Of a DNA stretch of 42,051 nt, positions 7,833 to 16,078 are shown one piece after another (position 1 is the first letter of the stretch; every line of letters starts with the position of its first letter). The stretch is from the IMG/VR virus record IMGVR_UViG_3300037722_000296, positions 1-42,051 of that record. One strand, written 5' to 3'. The DNA comes from a virus. Lineage: Duplodnaviria > Caudoviricetes. The notes under the pieces are model-generated. The model saw only the letters and a list, made by a program, of their open reading frames with translations, did not search any database and was not told where the DNA came from. The position numbers and the translations under genes were made by a program.

Positions 7833-7868
7833 TTGACTACTGCTGAATACTGGTATAGACTGTATTCA
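7833..7868 (+). promoter_or_regulatory. sigma70 promoter with overlapping palindrome
   Basis: TTGACT(7833)-17-TAGACT(7856); AT-rich UP-like tract; TGAATAC-N11-GTATTCA (7844-7868). Confidence 0.8.
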
Positions 7869-7909
7869 AGGTGAGGGATTGGCCCGAACCGGGAATCAGG
7901 AGAAAAACA

Positions 7910-8140
7910 ATGACCAATTTCATCGACACCGCAGCCTCCCGCGAAACCGATCAGAGCGTGATGGAGGCCATCCTGTATGTGGCAGATGGCGACGAGGCAG
8001 AGGCCGCACGTATCTGGCAGGACCCGACCGAGGCCGAATGGCTGGCAATTTGGGAGCGCGCAACGAAAAACGGCCTGATCGACGGGAACAGTCTCCAGTG
8101 GGGTGAGTCTGCGCTGGGCAATGAGTACCAGAGCGCCTAA
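7910..8140 (+). CDS. YccJ-like protein
   Basis: AGGAG RBS; R.T.....EAI..VA..DE..A..IW......L.WGE pattern as recalled for E. coli YccJ. Confidence 0.7.
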   Translation: MTNFIDTAASRETDQSVMEAILYVADGDEAEAARIWQDPTEAEWLAIWERATKNGLIDGNSLQWGESALGNEYQSA

Positions 8141-8192
8141 TCATACCGGCCATGTGCCACGGACGGCGCACAGGCTGAGCTCAGGGGTCAAC

Positions 8193-8486
8193 GTGAAAAA
8201 AAACTGTGTGATATGTGGTGCAGAGTTTGACGCGAGAGGGGCCGACATCACCTGCGGCAAAAAATGCTCAGCAGTGCGGGCGTCGGAACGCGCTAGCAAA
8301 TACCGGGAACGAAATCCAGAGTCATTCAAGGGGGTGCGGAGGCACAGCAGCGAAAAACTCCGGCATCGAATGGGCCTGCTCGGATTCAGGACTCGATCCT
8401 ATTTTGTGCATGATGATGATGCCGGTATCGTCAGCGATTTTATAGCCAAACTCAGAGCGAAACGCATAGCGAGGAACGACCCATGA
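8193..8486 (+). CDS. Zn-finger protein with basic C-terminus
   Basis: CVICG.EF....TCG.KC; stop overlaps the next ATG; start uncertain (8121 or 8193). Confidence 0.6.
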   Translation: MKKNCVICGAEFDARGADITCGKKCSAVRASERASKYRERNPESFKGVRRHSSEKLRHRMGLLGFRTRSYFVHDDDAGIVSDFIAKLRAKRIARNDP

Positions 8487-8680
8487 GAGGCGGCGAACGA
8501 ACGGGGGCAGGCAGGCCCCCCATTGACCCACGACTGCGCAAAATCCCGGTGGCCTACAAACTACCTCAATGGCTGGTGGACTGGCTACGGGCGCAGGACG
8601 AGCCGCAATCGGTGCTGATCGAGGATGCGCTGTGTAGGCGGCATAAGCTCAAGGCCCCTAAAGAACCGCCTCACCCTTGA
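8483..8680 (+). CDS. AT-hook plus ribbon-helix-helix DNA-binding protein
   Basis: RGG.R.GAGRP..KIPVAYKLPQWLVDWLR..SVLIEDAL. Confidence 0.75.
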   Translation: MRGGERTGAGRPPIDPRLRKIPVAYKLPQWLVDWLRAQDEPQSVLIEDALCRRHKLKAPKEPPHP

Positions 8681-8776
8681 CTTTTCAGGGGAAAAGAGGA
8701 CAATTCCAAGTACCCTGAGAATTGCCAGCCCAAACGGCTGTAGGCTACTAAATAAAAAGACAAAAAGGGGAACACC

Positions 8777-9046
8777 ATGCGATATCTGATTCTGATTGCG
8801 GCTCTGTTTTTCTCCACGGTTCAGGCGGAACCGCCCAAGATTTACAGCCAGGACGGGCAGTACCTGGGCACCCTGAGCAATAACCCCTATGATCGGGATT
8901 CTGTCAGCAACCCGTATGGGCGCTACGGTTCCCAATACAGCTCGGACTCGATCAACAACCCATACGGCAAGTACGGCTCCCAGTTCAGCAGCCAGAGCCC
9001 GAACAACCCATACGCCACTAGCCCGCCGGTTATCATCGGCCGCTAG
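8777..9046 (+). CDS. Secreted protein with NPYGxYGSxYS repeats (moron)
   Basis: Sec signal MRYLILIAALFFSTVQA; own putative promoter (TTGACT 8677, GACAAT 8699) and terminator. Confidence 0.85.
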   Translation: MRYLILIAALFFSTVQAEPPKIYSQDGQYLGTLSNNPYDRDSVSNPYGRYGSQYSSDSINNPYGKYGSQFSSQSPNNPYATSPPVIIGR

Positions 9047-9049
9047 CAC

Positions 9050-9139
9050 AAGCCGCCTTCGGGCGGTTTTTTTTCACCCCCTTCCAGCCTTCCCCGGCTG
9101 GTTTCCATGCGCTGCTGACTGCTCGCCGCATGGTTTTTT
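9050..9139 (+). terminator. Cluster of intrinsic terminator hairpins
   Basis: AAGCCGCC-TTCG-GGCGGTTTTTTTT; CCAGCC..GGCTGG-TTT; CCATGCG..CGCATGG-TTTTTT. Confidence 0.8.
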
Positions 9140-9212
9140 ATTCGCTATCGCCGCCCCACCTTCCCGGAGCCTGTAAGGGCTAAATCGGGCTAGAGGCTGG
9201 GGCGGCTCCTAC

Positions 9213-9368
9213 TTACCGTAGATTCCGGGCACTGACCGCGATATAGCCCGGTATGGAGCGATATTTCCACCCGGTCAGGGTAGATAGCGCCACCCCCAGA
9301 CGGGCGGCAAATGCCACTTTGGTGAGGCCGAGGGACTGGCGGATCTGTTCGAGTTCGGCCCAGGTCAT
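9213..9368 (-). CDS. Small XRE HTH protein, 51 aa
   Basis: MTWAELEQIRQSLGLTKVAFAARLGVALSTLTGWK; ATGA coupling; not in the ORF track. Confidence 0.85.
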   Translation of the reverse strand: MTWAELEQIRQSLGLTKVAFAARLGVALSTLTGWKYRSIPGYIAVSARNLR

Positions 9369-9625
9369 GCGGGACCGCCATTGAATTCACTAACGGTCGC
9401 GTACTTGGCGAAGAACTGGCCGCCCGTTCTGCGGAACATGGCATAAACCGGCTGCCCGTCCCCGTTGTGGTGGTGTGCTTCCCCGACCAAGAACGCACCG
9501 CCACCCATAGCGGCAGGCGGTACGGCTTCGAGCATTTCGTAGTACATGGTTTCGGTGGTCGGCACCCATTCTGGGGATGCGTCCATAGCGGTCCAGAGTT
9601 CGGCCCATTCTAGTGGCTGGTTCAT
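9365..9625 (-). CDS. Hypothetical protein, DUF1419-like
   Basis: YYEMLEAVPP...AFLVGE..H....VYAMF motif; AGGAG RBS; family from recall. Confidence 0.65.
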   Translation of the reverse strand: MNQPLEWAELWTAMDASPEWVPTTETMYYEMLEAVPPAAMGGGAFLVGEAHHHNGDGQPVYAMFRRTGGQFFAKYATVSEFNGGPA

Positions 9626-9664
9626 GTGTGTTCTCCTGTAGCGCCATCCTTGGCGGTGAGTGGT

Positions 9665-9949
9665 TTAGGCAGTCTTGCGGATACTCAAAACCGGGAGCTT
9701 TTGCAGGATGGGCTCCAGCATCCCAAGGTTCTGTTCGATGGTTGCGCCCTTGTTCATCCTGTTGGGGGTTGCCAGTATGTAATCAGGGTTTGCCGGCTGA
9801 TCTTTGCAGATGATGAATCCGCCATCATGCTCAGGCGTGGAGGGCAGGTAATACAGGTAGAAGTCGGAGAAAGGATCGCGGCACTGTAACCCGAACCAGT
9901 GGGTAATTTCGTTCTTTACTGCGGTTTGTATATCGTTCCAGTTGTTCAT
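9665..9949 (-). CDS. Hypothetical protein
   Basis: AGGGG RBS downstream of a consensus promoter. Confidence 0.75.
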   Translation of the reverse strand: MNNWNDIQTAVKNEITHWFGLQCRDPFSDFYLYYLPSTPEHDGGFIICKDQPANPDYILATPNRMNKGATIEQNLGMLEPILQKLPVLSIRKTA

Positions 9950-9995
9950 GCCTTACCCCTTTATCTGTTATCCGGTATGTCTCTACCGTGTAAAC

Positions 9996-10024
9996 AGGAT
10001 AGTACGCAATGCGTATGCAGTCAA
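9996..10024 (-). promoter_or_regulatory. sigma70 promoter with a palindrome in the spacer
   Basis: TTGACT-17-TATCCT on the minus strand; TACGCA-A-TGCGTA at 10003-10015. Confidence 0.8.
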
Positions 10025-10118
10025 GGGGTAAAAGGGATTATTTTCAATCTTTTTTCATGGCCCCCAGTAGGCCATAATTACCACTAGCACAATCAAGCAC
10101 TTAGTATGGAGTTCCGCG

Positions 10119-10442
10119 ATGGCAGATGACACCAAATTGACCAGACGCCAGACGGCCCGGCACCGGCAGTCGATCCGGGTTGCCGCATTGATCAACCGGC
10201 TGCAAGACTGCGCCGATGGCAAGATCGACATGAGCACCGCACAGATCAAGGCGGCCACTGTCCTCCTGGGTAAGGCCATGCCCGACCTCCAGAGCATCGA
10301 CAGCACCATGGAGTTCAAGGACCAGCCCCGGAATGAGCAGGAGATCCACGCCGAGCTTGAGACCGCCATGCAGGCATTGACGCCTCAAGACCAGGCCAAG
10401 TTGCAACAGCTCCTAGGGCAAGTGCCGCATGATGTACATTGA
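10119..10442 (+). CDS. terS: Probable terminase small subunit
   Basis: LINRLQ....G..DMS..QIKAA..LLGK..PDL pattern; first late-oriented gene upstream of terL. Confidence 0.6.
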   Translation: MADDTKLTRRQTARHRQSIRVAALINRLQDCADGKIDMSTAQIKAATVLLGKAMPDLQSIDSTMEFKDQPRNEQEIHAELETAMQALTPQDQAKLQQLLGQVPHDVH

Positions 10443-10623
10443 GCTATTCCAGGGGCTGGACAGGTGCAAACGGGTCATATTGGCCAGGCAAGACCCGAGG
10501 GACAGCGACTATAGCTCTACACTCAAGAGATGCGGGTTTAACCTCCAGGAGCCGATATACCTGTATCAAGAGCCAGATGGGACGTGTTATCAGGTAGCAC
10601 AGGGATTACCGACTAATGATTGA
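10429..10623 (+). CDS. Hypothetical protein
   Basis: Overlaps the terS stop. Confidence 0.5.
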   Translation: MMYIELFQGLDRCKRVILARQDPRDSDYSSTLKRCGFNLQEPIYLYQEPDGTCYQVAQGLPTND

Positions 10624-10800
10624 TACCTGCATATATCGTTATTGATGGCCGATGGTCTGTGCGAGTGGACAGCGACAAGGCGGCAGACACGGCAAGGGAA
10701 ACGAGCGGGAAATGGTAGTCCCCCGCCCTCACCCATTCCCCCCGAAAAACACAGCACGCCAGCAGGCATGACTGGCCCGCAACTGTAAGATAATCAGACA

Positions 10801-10829
10801 CCTACTGATAATGGGACGTTATGTTAAGC
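10801..10829 (+). other. dif-like XerC/XerD recombination site
   Basis: CCTACTGATAA-TGGGACG-TTATGTTAAGC; right arm matches TTATGTTAAAT at 9/11; left arm keeps the inner ATAA; intergenic. Confidence 0.65.
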
Positions 10830-11111
10830 AGGATATGGCCCATTTCACGGTCAAGTATCCCGACACATGGCGCACCAACGGCCCCTCGCTAGCCTCTCTG
10901 TAACGCTCTCTCAGCCGTTCTAGGCAGTACCCGCTACCCTGGCATGGGTTGAGGGGTGATCGTGGCTTGTATGGTGGTATGCAGGGCGTAGAGGGGCGTG
11001 TGGAGGCCGGGTTGAAGGCTGGAGGACGGGCCGACCCCCCCCTTCTGCCGCGCGGCCTGGGGACTGTTCCCTTGCGAGAATTCTGCGATTCAAAACGTCT
11101 TGCCCCCCCAA

Positions 11112-11166
11112 TTGACGCCACATTGACCGCTGGGTATAGTCACTCTGTCCGCAAGATAAGACAGAG
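11112..11166 (+). promoter_or_regulatory. sigma70 promoter plus downstream inverted repeat
   Basis: TTGACG(11112)-17-TATAGT(11135); CTCTGTC-N10-GACAGAG (11143-11166). Confidence 0.8.
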
Positions 11167-11175
11167 AGGTGGAAT

Positions 11176-11331
11176 ATGGCTGATTTACTGGCACGAATAG
11201 GGTGGTCGCAGGCGCATTTCGCGAGTGTGGTGGGTGTGAGTCCTCGGACGGTATCGAGGTGGTGTACTGGGGAGGCCGATCCTGTGGCGATGAAGTATTT
11301 GGAGACGGTGGCGAGGTTCCTGGGGTGTTAG
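11176..11331 (+). CDS. Small XRE HTH protein, 51 aa
   Basis: GAGGTG RBS; MADLLARIGWSQAHFASVVGVSPRTVSRWCTG; not in the ORF track. Confidence 0.85.
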   Translation: MADLLARIGWSQAHFASVVGVSPRTVSRWCTGEADPVAMKYLETVARFLGC

Positions 11332-12383
11332 GCGATACCAGGTCGGTCGTCGAGGCGATGAAGCTGATTGCCACGGAGGGGATGGAGTCTCCGCTGAAAG
11401 CCAAGATGGTGCGTCGTCAGATTGACCGGGATGCCCGGAAGAATGGTTGGACGGACGCGATTATCCACACCATGGACCCGGAGTGGCAGTGGCGGGTGTG
11501 TTGTGCGCGATTGCAGATGGGGTTGTTGGATTGGGAGGGGTGGGAGTGGCGCAATGCGCGGGCGGGGCATGATCCGTTCCCGTTCCCGGTCTGGCGTGGG
11601 GAGAAGGTTGGGAAGCTGCTGATGTACGGTGAGCAGGGTGTGGGTGATGAGGTGATGTTCGCCCAGTGCTTTGACGATGTCCGTGAATGGGCGGATGAGG
11701 TGGTGATTGAGTGTGAGCCTCGGTTAGCGCCGATCTTCCGGCGTTCGTTCCCGTGGGCTGAGGTTCATGGGCGTAGTGACCTTCGGGACGGTTCCTGGAT
11801 AAATCGGGCCGATGCGAAGGTGTTGATGGGGGATCTCTGCAAGTTATTTCGGCGGTCGGAAGAGTCTTTCCGGCCTGGGGCGTATTTGGTTCCGGACCCT
11901 GAGAAGGTCGAATACTGGCGGGAGACGTTGCCGGGCAGTGAGAAGTTTCCGGGGTATGTGGGGGTTTCCTGGAGAGGACGTCAGGGGGTGGTAGAGCCTT
12001 CGGAGCTGGATCTTCACGATGGTCGGCTGTTGGTGAATTTGCAGTATGACGGTGAAGCCTTTTGGACGCCGCCGATTGATCTTCGGGAAGACCTTGAGGA
12101 TGTGTTTGCGATTTTATCGTTGTGCGAGGAAGTGATTACGGTCCCGAACACCTTGGCGCACATGGCCGGTGCCTTGGGGGTTCCGGGGCGGGTTTGGTTA
12201 GTTCCATCGGTCGAGGTGAACAATGCCTTGAACTGGCGATGGTTCCACATGGAGCGATGGCATCAGTCATTGACGGTGTATGATTTCAGACGAGTACCGA
12301 GCGGTAAACGAACAATGTCACGGGGACGGATCGTGGGGGACCACGGGCAGTCGGTTTGCCGAGACGGTCGTCGGGCTGGCTAA
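11325..12383 (+). CDS. GT-B glycosyltransferase (GT9/FlmG-like catalytic domain, no TPR array)
   Basis: EQGVGDEVMF, ECEPRL..IF.RSFP, VGVSWRG, VNLQY, NTLAHMAGALG; start likely GTG 11325 or ATG 11358. Confidence 0.85.
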   Translation: MLGDTRSVVEAMKLIATEGMESPLKAKMVRRQIDRDARKNGWTDAIIHTMDPEWQWRVCCARLQMGLLDWEGWEWRNARAGHDPFPFPVWRGEKVGKLLMYGEQGVGDEVMFAQCFDDVREWADEVVIECEPRLAPIFRRSFPWAEVHGRSDLRDGSWINRADAKVLMGDLCKLFRRSEESFRPGAYLVPDPEKVEYWRETLPGSEKFPGYVGVSWRGRQGVVEPSELDLHDGRLLVNLQYDGEAFWTPPIDLREDLEDVFAILSLCEEVITVPNTLAHMAGALGVPGRVWLVPSVEVNNALNWRWFHMERWHQSLTVYDFRRVPSGKRTMSRGRIVGDHGQSVCRDGRRAG

Positions 12384-12783
12384 AGCCTACCAGTGTACGA
12401 ACATTCTGGATTACGGGGCTGGGAAACAGACGATGGAGATGGGGATTCGCCGGATCAGTGATTTTCCGGTGTATTCCTATGATCCCTGTGTGAAGGCGAT
12501 TTCCAATACGCCAAAACCTCGTGATTTCGTCACCTGTACCGATGTATTGGAGCACGTCGAGCCGGAATTTGTAGATGCGGTGCTGGATGATCTGCGTCGT
12601 GTCACGCGTAAAGCGGGGTTTTATGTGGTGAGTACGGTCCCTGCGATCAAGATCCTGCCGGATGGGCGCAACGCGCATTTGGTGGTAGAAGAACCCGAGT
12701 GGTGGCTGAAGAAGATCCTGGAGCGGTTCAAAGTGGATTCGTACCAGCGTAACCAGACTGAATTTGCCGTTATTGTTCGATGA
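12280..12783 (+). CDS. Class I SAM-dependent methyltransferase
   Basis: ILDYGAGK, YDP, CTDVLEHVEP. Confidence 0.9.
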   Translation: MISDEYRAVNEQCHGDGSWGTTGSRFAETVVGLAKAYQCTNILDYGAGKQTMEMGIRRISDFPVYSYDPCVKAISNTPKPRDFVTCTDVLEHVEPEFVDAVLDDLRRVTRKAGFYVVSTVPAIKILPDGRNAHLVVEEPEWWLKKILERFKVDSYQRNQTEFAVIVR

Positions 12784-14213
12784 GTATAGAGGCGGTACTC
12801 ACCAAAATTCAGGAAATACAGGAATACCGCGACACCCACAAGCTTTTGTATTACAAGCCCTACGACTTCCAGAAGAACTACCATAACGCCATCGGATATA
12901 AGACCGAGCTGCCGGCCACCTTAAAGGGGCTGATGGCCGCCAATCAGATTGGGAAATCGACCTGTGGAGGTTTTGAGACGGCCCTTCACCTGACAGGACT
13001 TTATCCGGATTGGTGGGAGGGGGTGCGGTTTACCAAGCCCATCAACTGGGTTTGTGGGACTTCTACGAACGATACGACTAGAGACATCCTCCAGAAGGAG
13101 CTGCTGGGCGACCCCAAGGTGGAGGGGGATTTCGGGAAAGGCGCGATTCCAAAAGAGTTGATTGGCTCGGTGGTGAAAAAGCCCGGCGTCCCCAACGCGG
13201 TGGACTCGGTGATGGTCAAGCATGTTTCGGGTTGGTCCACCTGTAACTTTCGCGCCTATGAGCAGGGTCCGGCGAAGTGGATGGGCCACCGATACGATGG
13301 GGCCTGGCTGGATGAGGAACCGCCCCAGGAGATCCTTTCGCAGGTCCAACGAGCTGGATTGGCGAAGCAGGTCTTTATCCTGCTGGCGACCTTCACGCCG
13401 GAAAACGGTGTTACCCAGTTCGTGGATCAATTGATGAACGATCTTAAGCCGGGTCAGGCATTAATCCAGGCTAGTTGGGACGATGCTCCCCACATGACCC
13501 CGGAAATGCGGGAAGCTAATTTGGCCAAGTTCCCGGCCCACGAACGGGATATGCGTTCTAAAGGTATTCCGCTGATGGGGTCGGGTCTTGTGTTCCCGGT
13601 GTCGGAAGATCAATTGCGGGTCGATCCGTTCAACATCCCCCGTCATTGGGCGCGGATCTCGGGGATCGACTTTGGTTGGGACCACCCCTTTGGCTGTGTA
13701 TGGGTAGCCCATGACCGGGATACCGATACCGTCTATGTGTATGACTGCTACAAGGAATCGAAGGTAGTCCCCCCGGTTCATGCTTCCGCCATTAAGAAGC
13801 GCGGGCAGTGGATTCCGATTGTATGGCCCCACGATGGCTATGTTCACGACAAAGGGTCCGGTGTTCCTTTGGCGCAGAGCTACCGAAAGGAGGGCTTGAA
13901 TCTCCTGAAAGAGAAGTTTTCCAATCCGCCTGGCCCGGGTGCCAAGGAAGGATCGGGCGGCAATGGGGTTGAGGTCGGCATTTCCCACATGCTGACGATG
14001 ATGGAGGAAGGGCGTTTTAAGGTCTTCTCCAATCTCAATCTCTGGTGGGAGGAATTTCGCATGTACCACCGCAAGGACGGGAAGATCGTGGCGCTGAAAG
14101 ATGACTTAATGTCTTCCACTCGATATGCCGTCCAATCCTTGCGTTTTGCCCATACCGAGCCGGTTAAACGTATTCGAGCCGACGCACACCAAGGAATAAC
14201 CAATTGGCAATAA
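12780..14213 (+). CDS. terL: Terminase large subunit (P22-like)
   Basis: AANQIGKS, WLDEEPP, TFTPENG, GIDFGWDHP, DDLMSSTRYA. Confidence 0.95.
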   Translation: MSIEAVLTKIQEIQEYRDTHKLLYYKPYDFQKNYHNAIGYKTELPATLKGLMAANQIGKSTCGGFETALHLTGLYPDWWEGVRFTKPINWVCGTSTNDTTRDILQKELLGDPKVEGDFGKGAIPKELIGSVVKKPGVPNAVDSVMVKHVSGWSTCNFRAYEQGPAKWMGHRYDGAWLDEEPPQEILSQVQRAGLAKQVFILLATFTPENGVTQFVDQLMNDLKPGQALIQASWDDAPHMTPEMREANLAKFPAHERDMRSKGIPLMGSGLVFPVSEDQLRVDPFNIPRHWARISGIDFGWDHPFGCVWVAHDRDTDTVYVYDCYKESKVVPPVHASAIKKRGQWIPIVWPHDGYVHDKGSGVPLAQSYRKEGLNLLKEKFSNPPGPGAKEGSGGNGVEVGISHMLTMMEEGRFKVFSNLNLWWEEFRMYHRKDGKIVALKDDLMSSTRYAVQSLRFAHTEPVKRIRADAHQGITNWQ

Positions 14214-16078
14214 AAACCCGCAAAATACTCAAGAAGGATCACGATGTCGTTCGTGAATACATCCTGAAGGAGTTAAAAGCCCGGAAAGCGTCGAAGTTCC
14301 GCACCCGAGCGGAGCGGATCTGGCGTACCGTGGACCGTCAGGTATCCATGGAACCCGTTACTCGAACTCGAAAGGATTCCAATGCGAAGGCGGACTGGCG
14401 TTCGGCCATCGAGCTTGGGGAGATTTCAAGGGCCTCTGAAATCCTGTCGGCTGAAATCCGCCGCCTTTCCTTCCCGCATAACCGGGCGTGGTTCGATGCC
14501 CATTGCGAGATGGAAGGGGAGATCGACGAAGAAGGCAATGTAGTTCAAGACGCCATACTGCAAAAGCGGGTGGACGGCTCTCTACGGGCATTGATGACCC
14601 AACAGCATCAAGACTTCGGCTTTAAGTCTCGTACTGACTTGTCGATCAAGGAAGCCCTTCACCACGGCTCCTATGTGGTGGAGGCCCGGTTTGAGTCATT
14701 GGTGAAGATCCATGACGGTACGGGAGTAAGTGAAATTTCCGCCCCGGTCTGGATTCCCCATTCCATGTGGAACTGTTATCCCGACCCGAATCCTTCGGTG
14801 ATTGGGACCAATATGTTCTACAACGGCAGCATGATCATTGTGTCATACAAGCCGCTGCACGAGGTTCGGAAATTACGCTCGGATAATCCGGATTTTCCGT
14901 ACTTCAACCTGAAGAAGATCAAGCGCAAGACCAACAAGAACCATGAAGAGGAAACCGAGGACGTTGAACTGATTACCTTCTTCGGGGATCTTGTGATTCC
15001 AAGAAATGACGGCGACATCCTGCTGCTGAACTACAAGGCGACCGTCGCGAACGATGAACTGGTTCATTTACGGCCCAATATCCTTCCGTTCCCGGAGATC
15101 ATCTACAACGGCTATGAACGGCTGGATGTTCGCGATCCCTATTACGTCTCACCCCTGATCAAGATGGCCCCTACCCAACTATTGGCCTCCACCCTTGCCA
15201 ATAAGTTCATTGACGGGATTGAGCTGAAAACCGAGCCTCCTGTCGGGTATGACGGGAACGACCCTGACTTTGTGATGAACGGTGGTCCTGACCTTTCACC
15301 GGGCGCGAAGTTCGCCACTAAGGGTGGATTGAACTTCAACGTGGTCGATGTTGGCGATCCTGGAGCGGCTTTGGCTGGCGCTCAGTTCATGATCGAGCAG
15401 ATTCAGGCCGGAACGTCTGTTGACAAAATTCGGGCGGGGGTTGCGCCTGGCACGGAACGAACCGCGACCGAAGTGCTTAAGACTTCCCAAGGCTCGGAAA
15501 TCCGTACCGTGGACTTTGTGGATAAGCACGAACAGCAAGGTCTACGTCCTTTCCTGTACATGCAGCATGAACTGAATAAGCGGTTCATGGAGCGGTATGC
15601 GTTCTTCAACCAAGAGGTTGGCTCGCCTGATTTTGAGCGGGTGAAGAAAGACGATCTTCCTGAGAACTGCCATTTTGAGGTCGTTGGGTCAAAAGGCATT
15701 TTGGGCGAGGAACAGCGCCAGCAGATGACCTCTGCTGCAACGGCATTCTGGATTCAGGTCGCACCTGAAAAACTGAATACCGATCAGCTGATCATCGAAT
15801 CCTACCGCGATGCCGGGAACAAGAACCCCGAGCGATTCCTGAAACTGGATGGGGATGACGAGATCCAGCAGGTCATCCAGCAGGCCGAGCAGGCCATTCA
15901 AGAGGCGCAAGGTCAGATTCAGCAGCTACAGGACCAGCTCACCGAGTTCCAATTCCAGGATGAGGAACACTCCCTTGAGATGGAGCAGGAACGCCTGAAG
16001 CAAGAGCAGTTGTCCACTGACATCAACCAACTTCAATTTGTGATCGAATTCCTGAAACGGGAGAAAGCAAATGGCTAG
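14204..16078 (+). CDS. Portal protein with C-terminal Gln-rich coiled coil
   Basis: Follows terL; 624 aa; RTATEV motif; P22-type barrel-like tail. Confidence 0.85.
   Translation: MAIKTRKILKKDHDVVREYILKELKARKASKFRTRAERIWRTVDRQVSMEPVTRTRKDSNAKADWRSAIELGEISRASEILSAEIRRLSFPHNRAWFDAHCEMEGEIDEEGNVVQDAILQKRVDGSLRALMTQQHQDFGFKSRTDLSIKEALHHGSYVVEARFESLVKIHDGTGVSEISAPVWIPHSMWNCYPDPNPSVIGTNMFYNGSMIIVSYKPLHEVRKLRSDNPDFPYFNLKKIKRKTNKNHEEETEDVELITFFGDLVIPRNDGDILLLNYKATVANDELVHLRPNILPFPEIIYNGYERLDVRDPYYVSPLIKMAPTQLLASTLANKFIDGIELKTEPPVGYDGNDPDFVMNGGPDLSPGAKFATKGGLNFNVVDVGDPGAALAGAQFMIEQIQAGTSVDKIRAGVAPGTERTATEVLKTSQGSEIRTVDFVDKHEQQGLRPFLYMQHELNKRFMERYAFFNQEVGSPDFERVKKDDLPENCHFEVVGSKGILGEEQRQQMTSAATAFWIQVAPEKLNTDQLIIESYRDAGNKNPERFLKLDGDDEIQQVIQQAEQAIQEAQGQIQQLQDQLTEFQFQDEEHSLEMEQERLKQEQLSTDINQLQFVIEFLKREKANG

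Noticed and set aside
11202-11324. N-terminal 41 aa of the 393-aa glycosyltransferase ORF
   Set aside because: Overlaps a better supported HTH gene (11176-11331) with its own RBS
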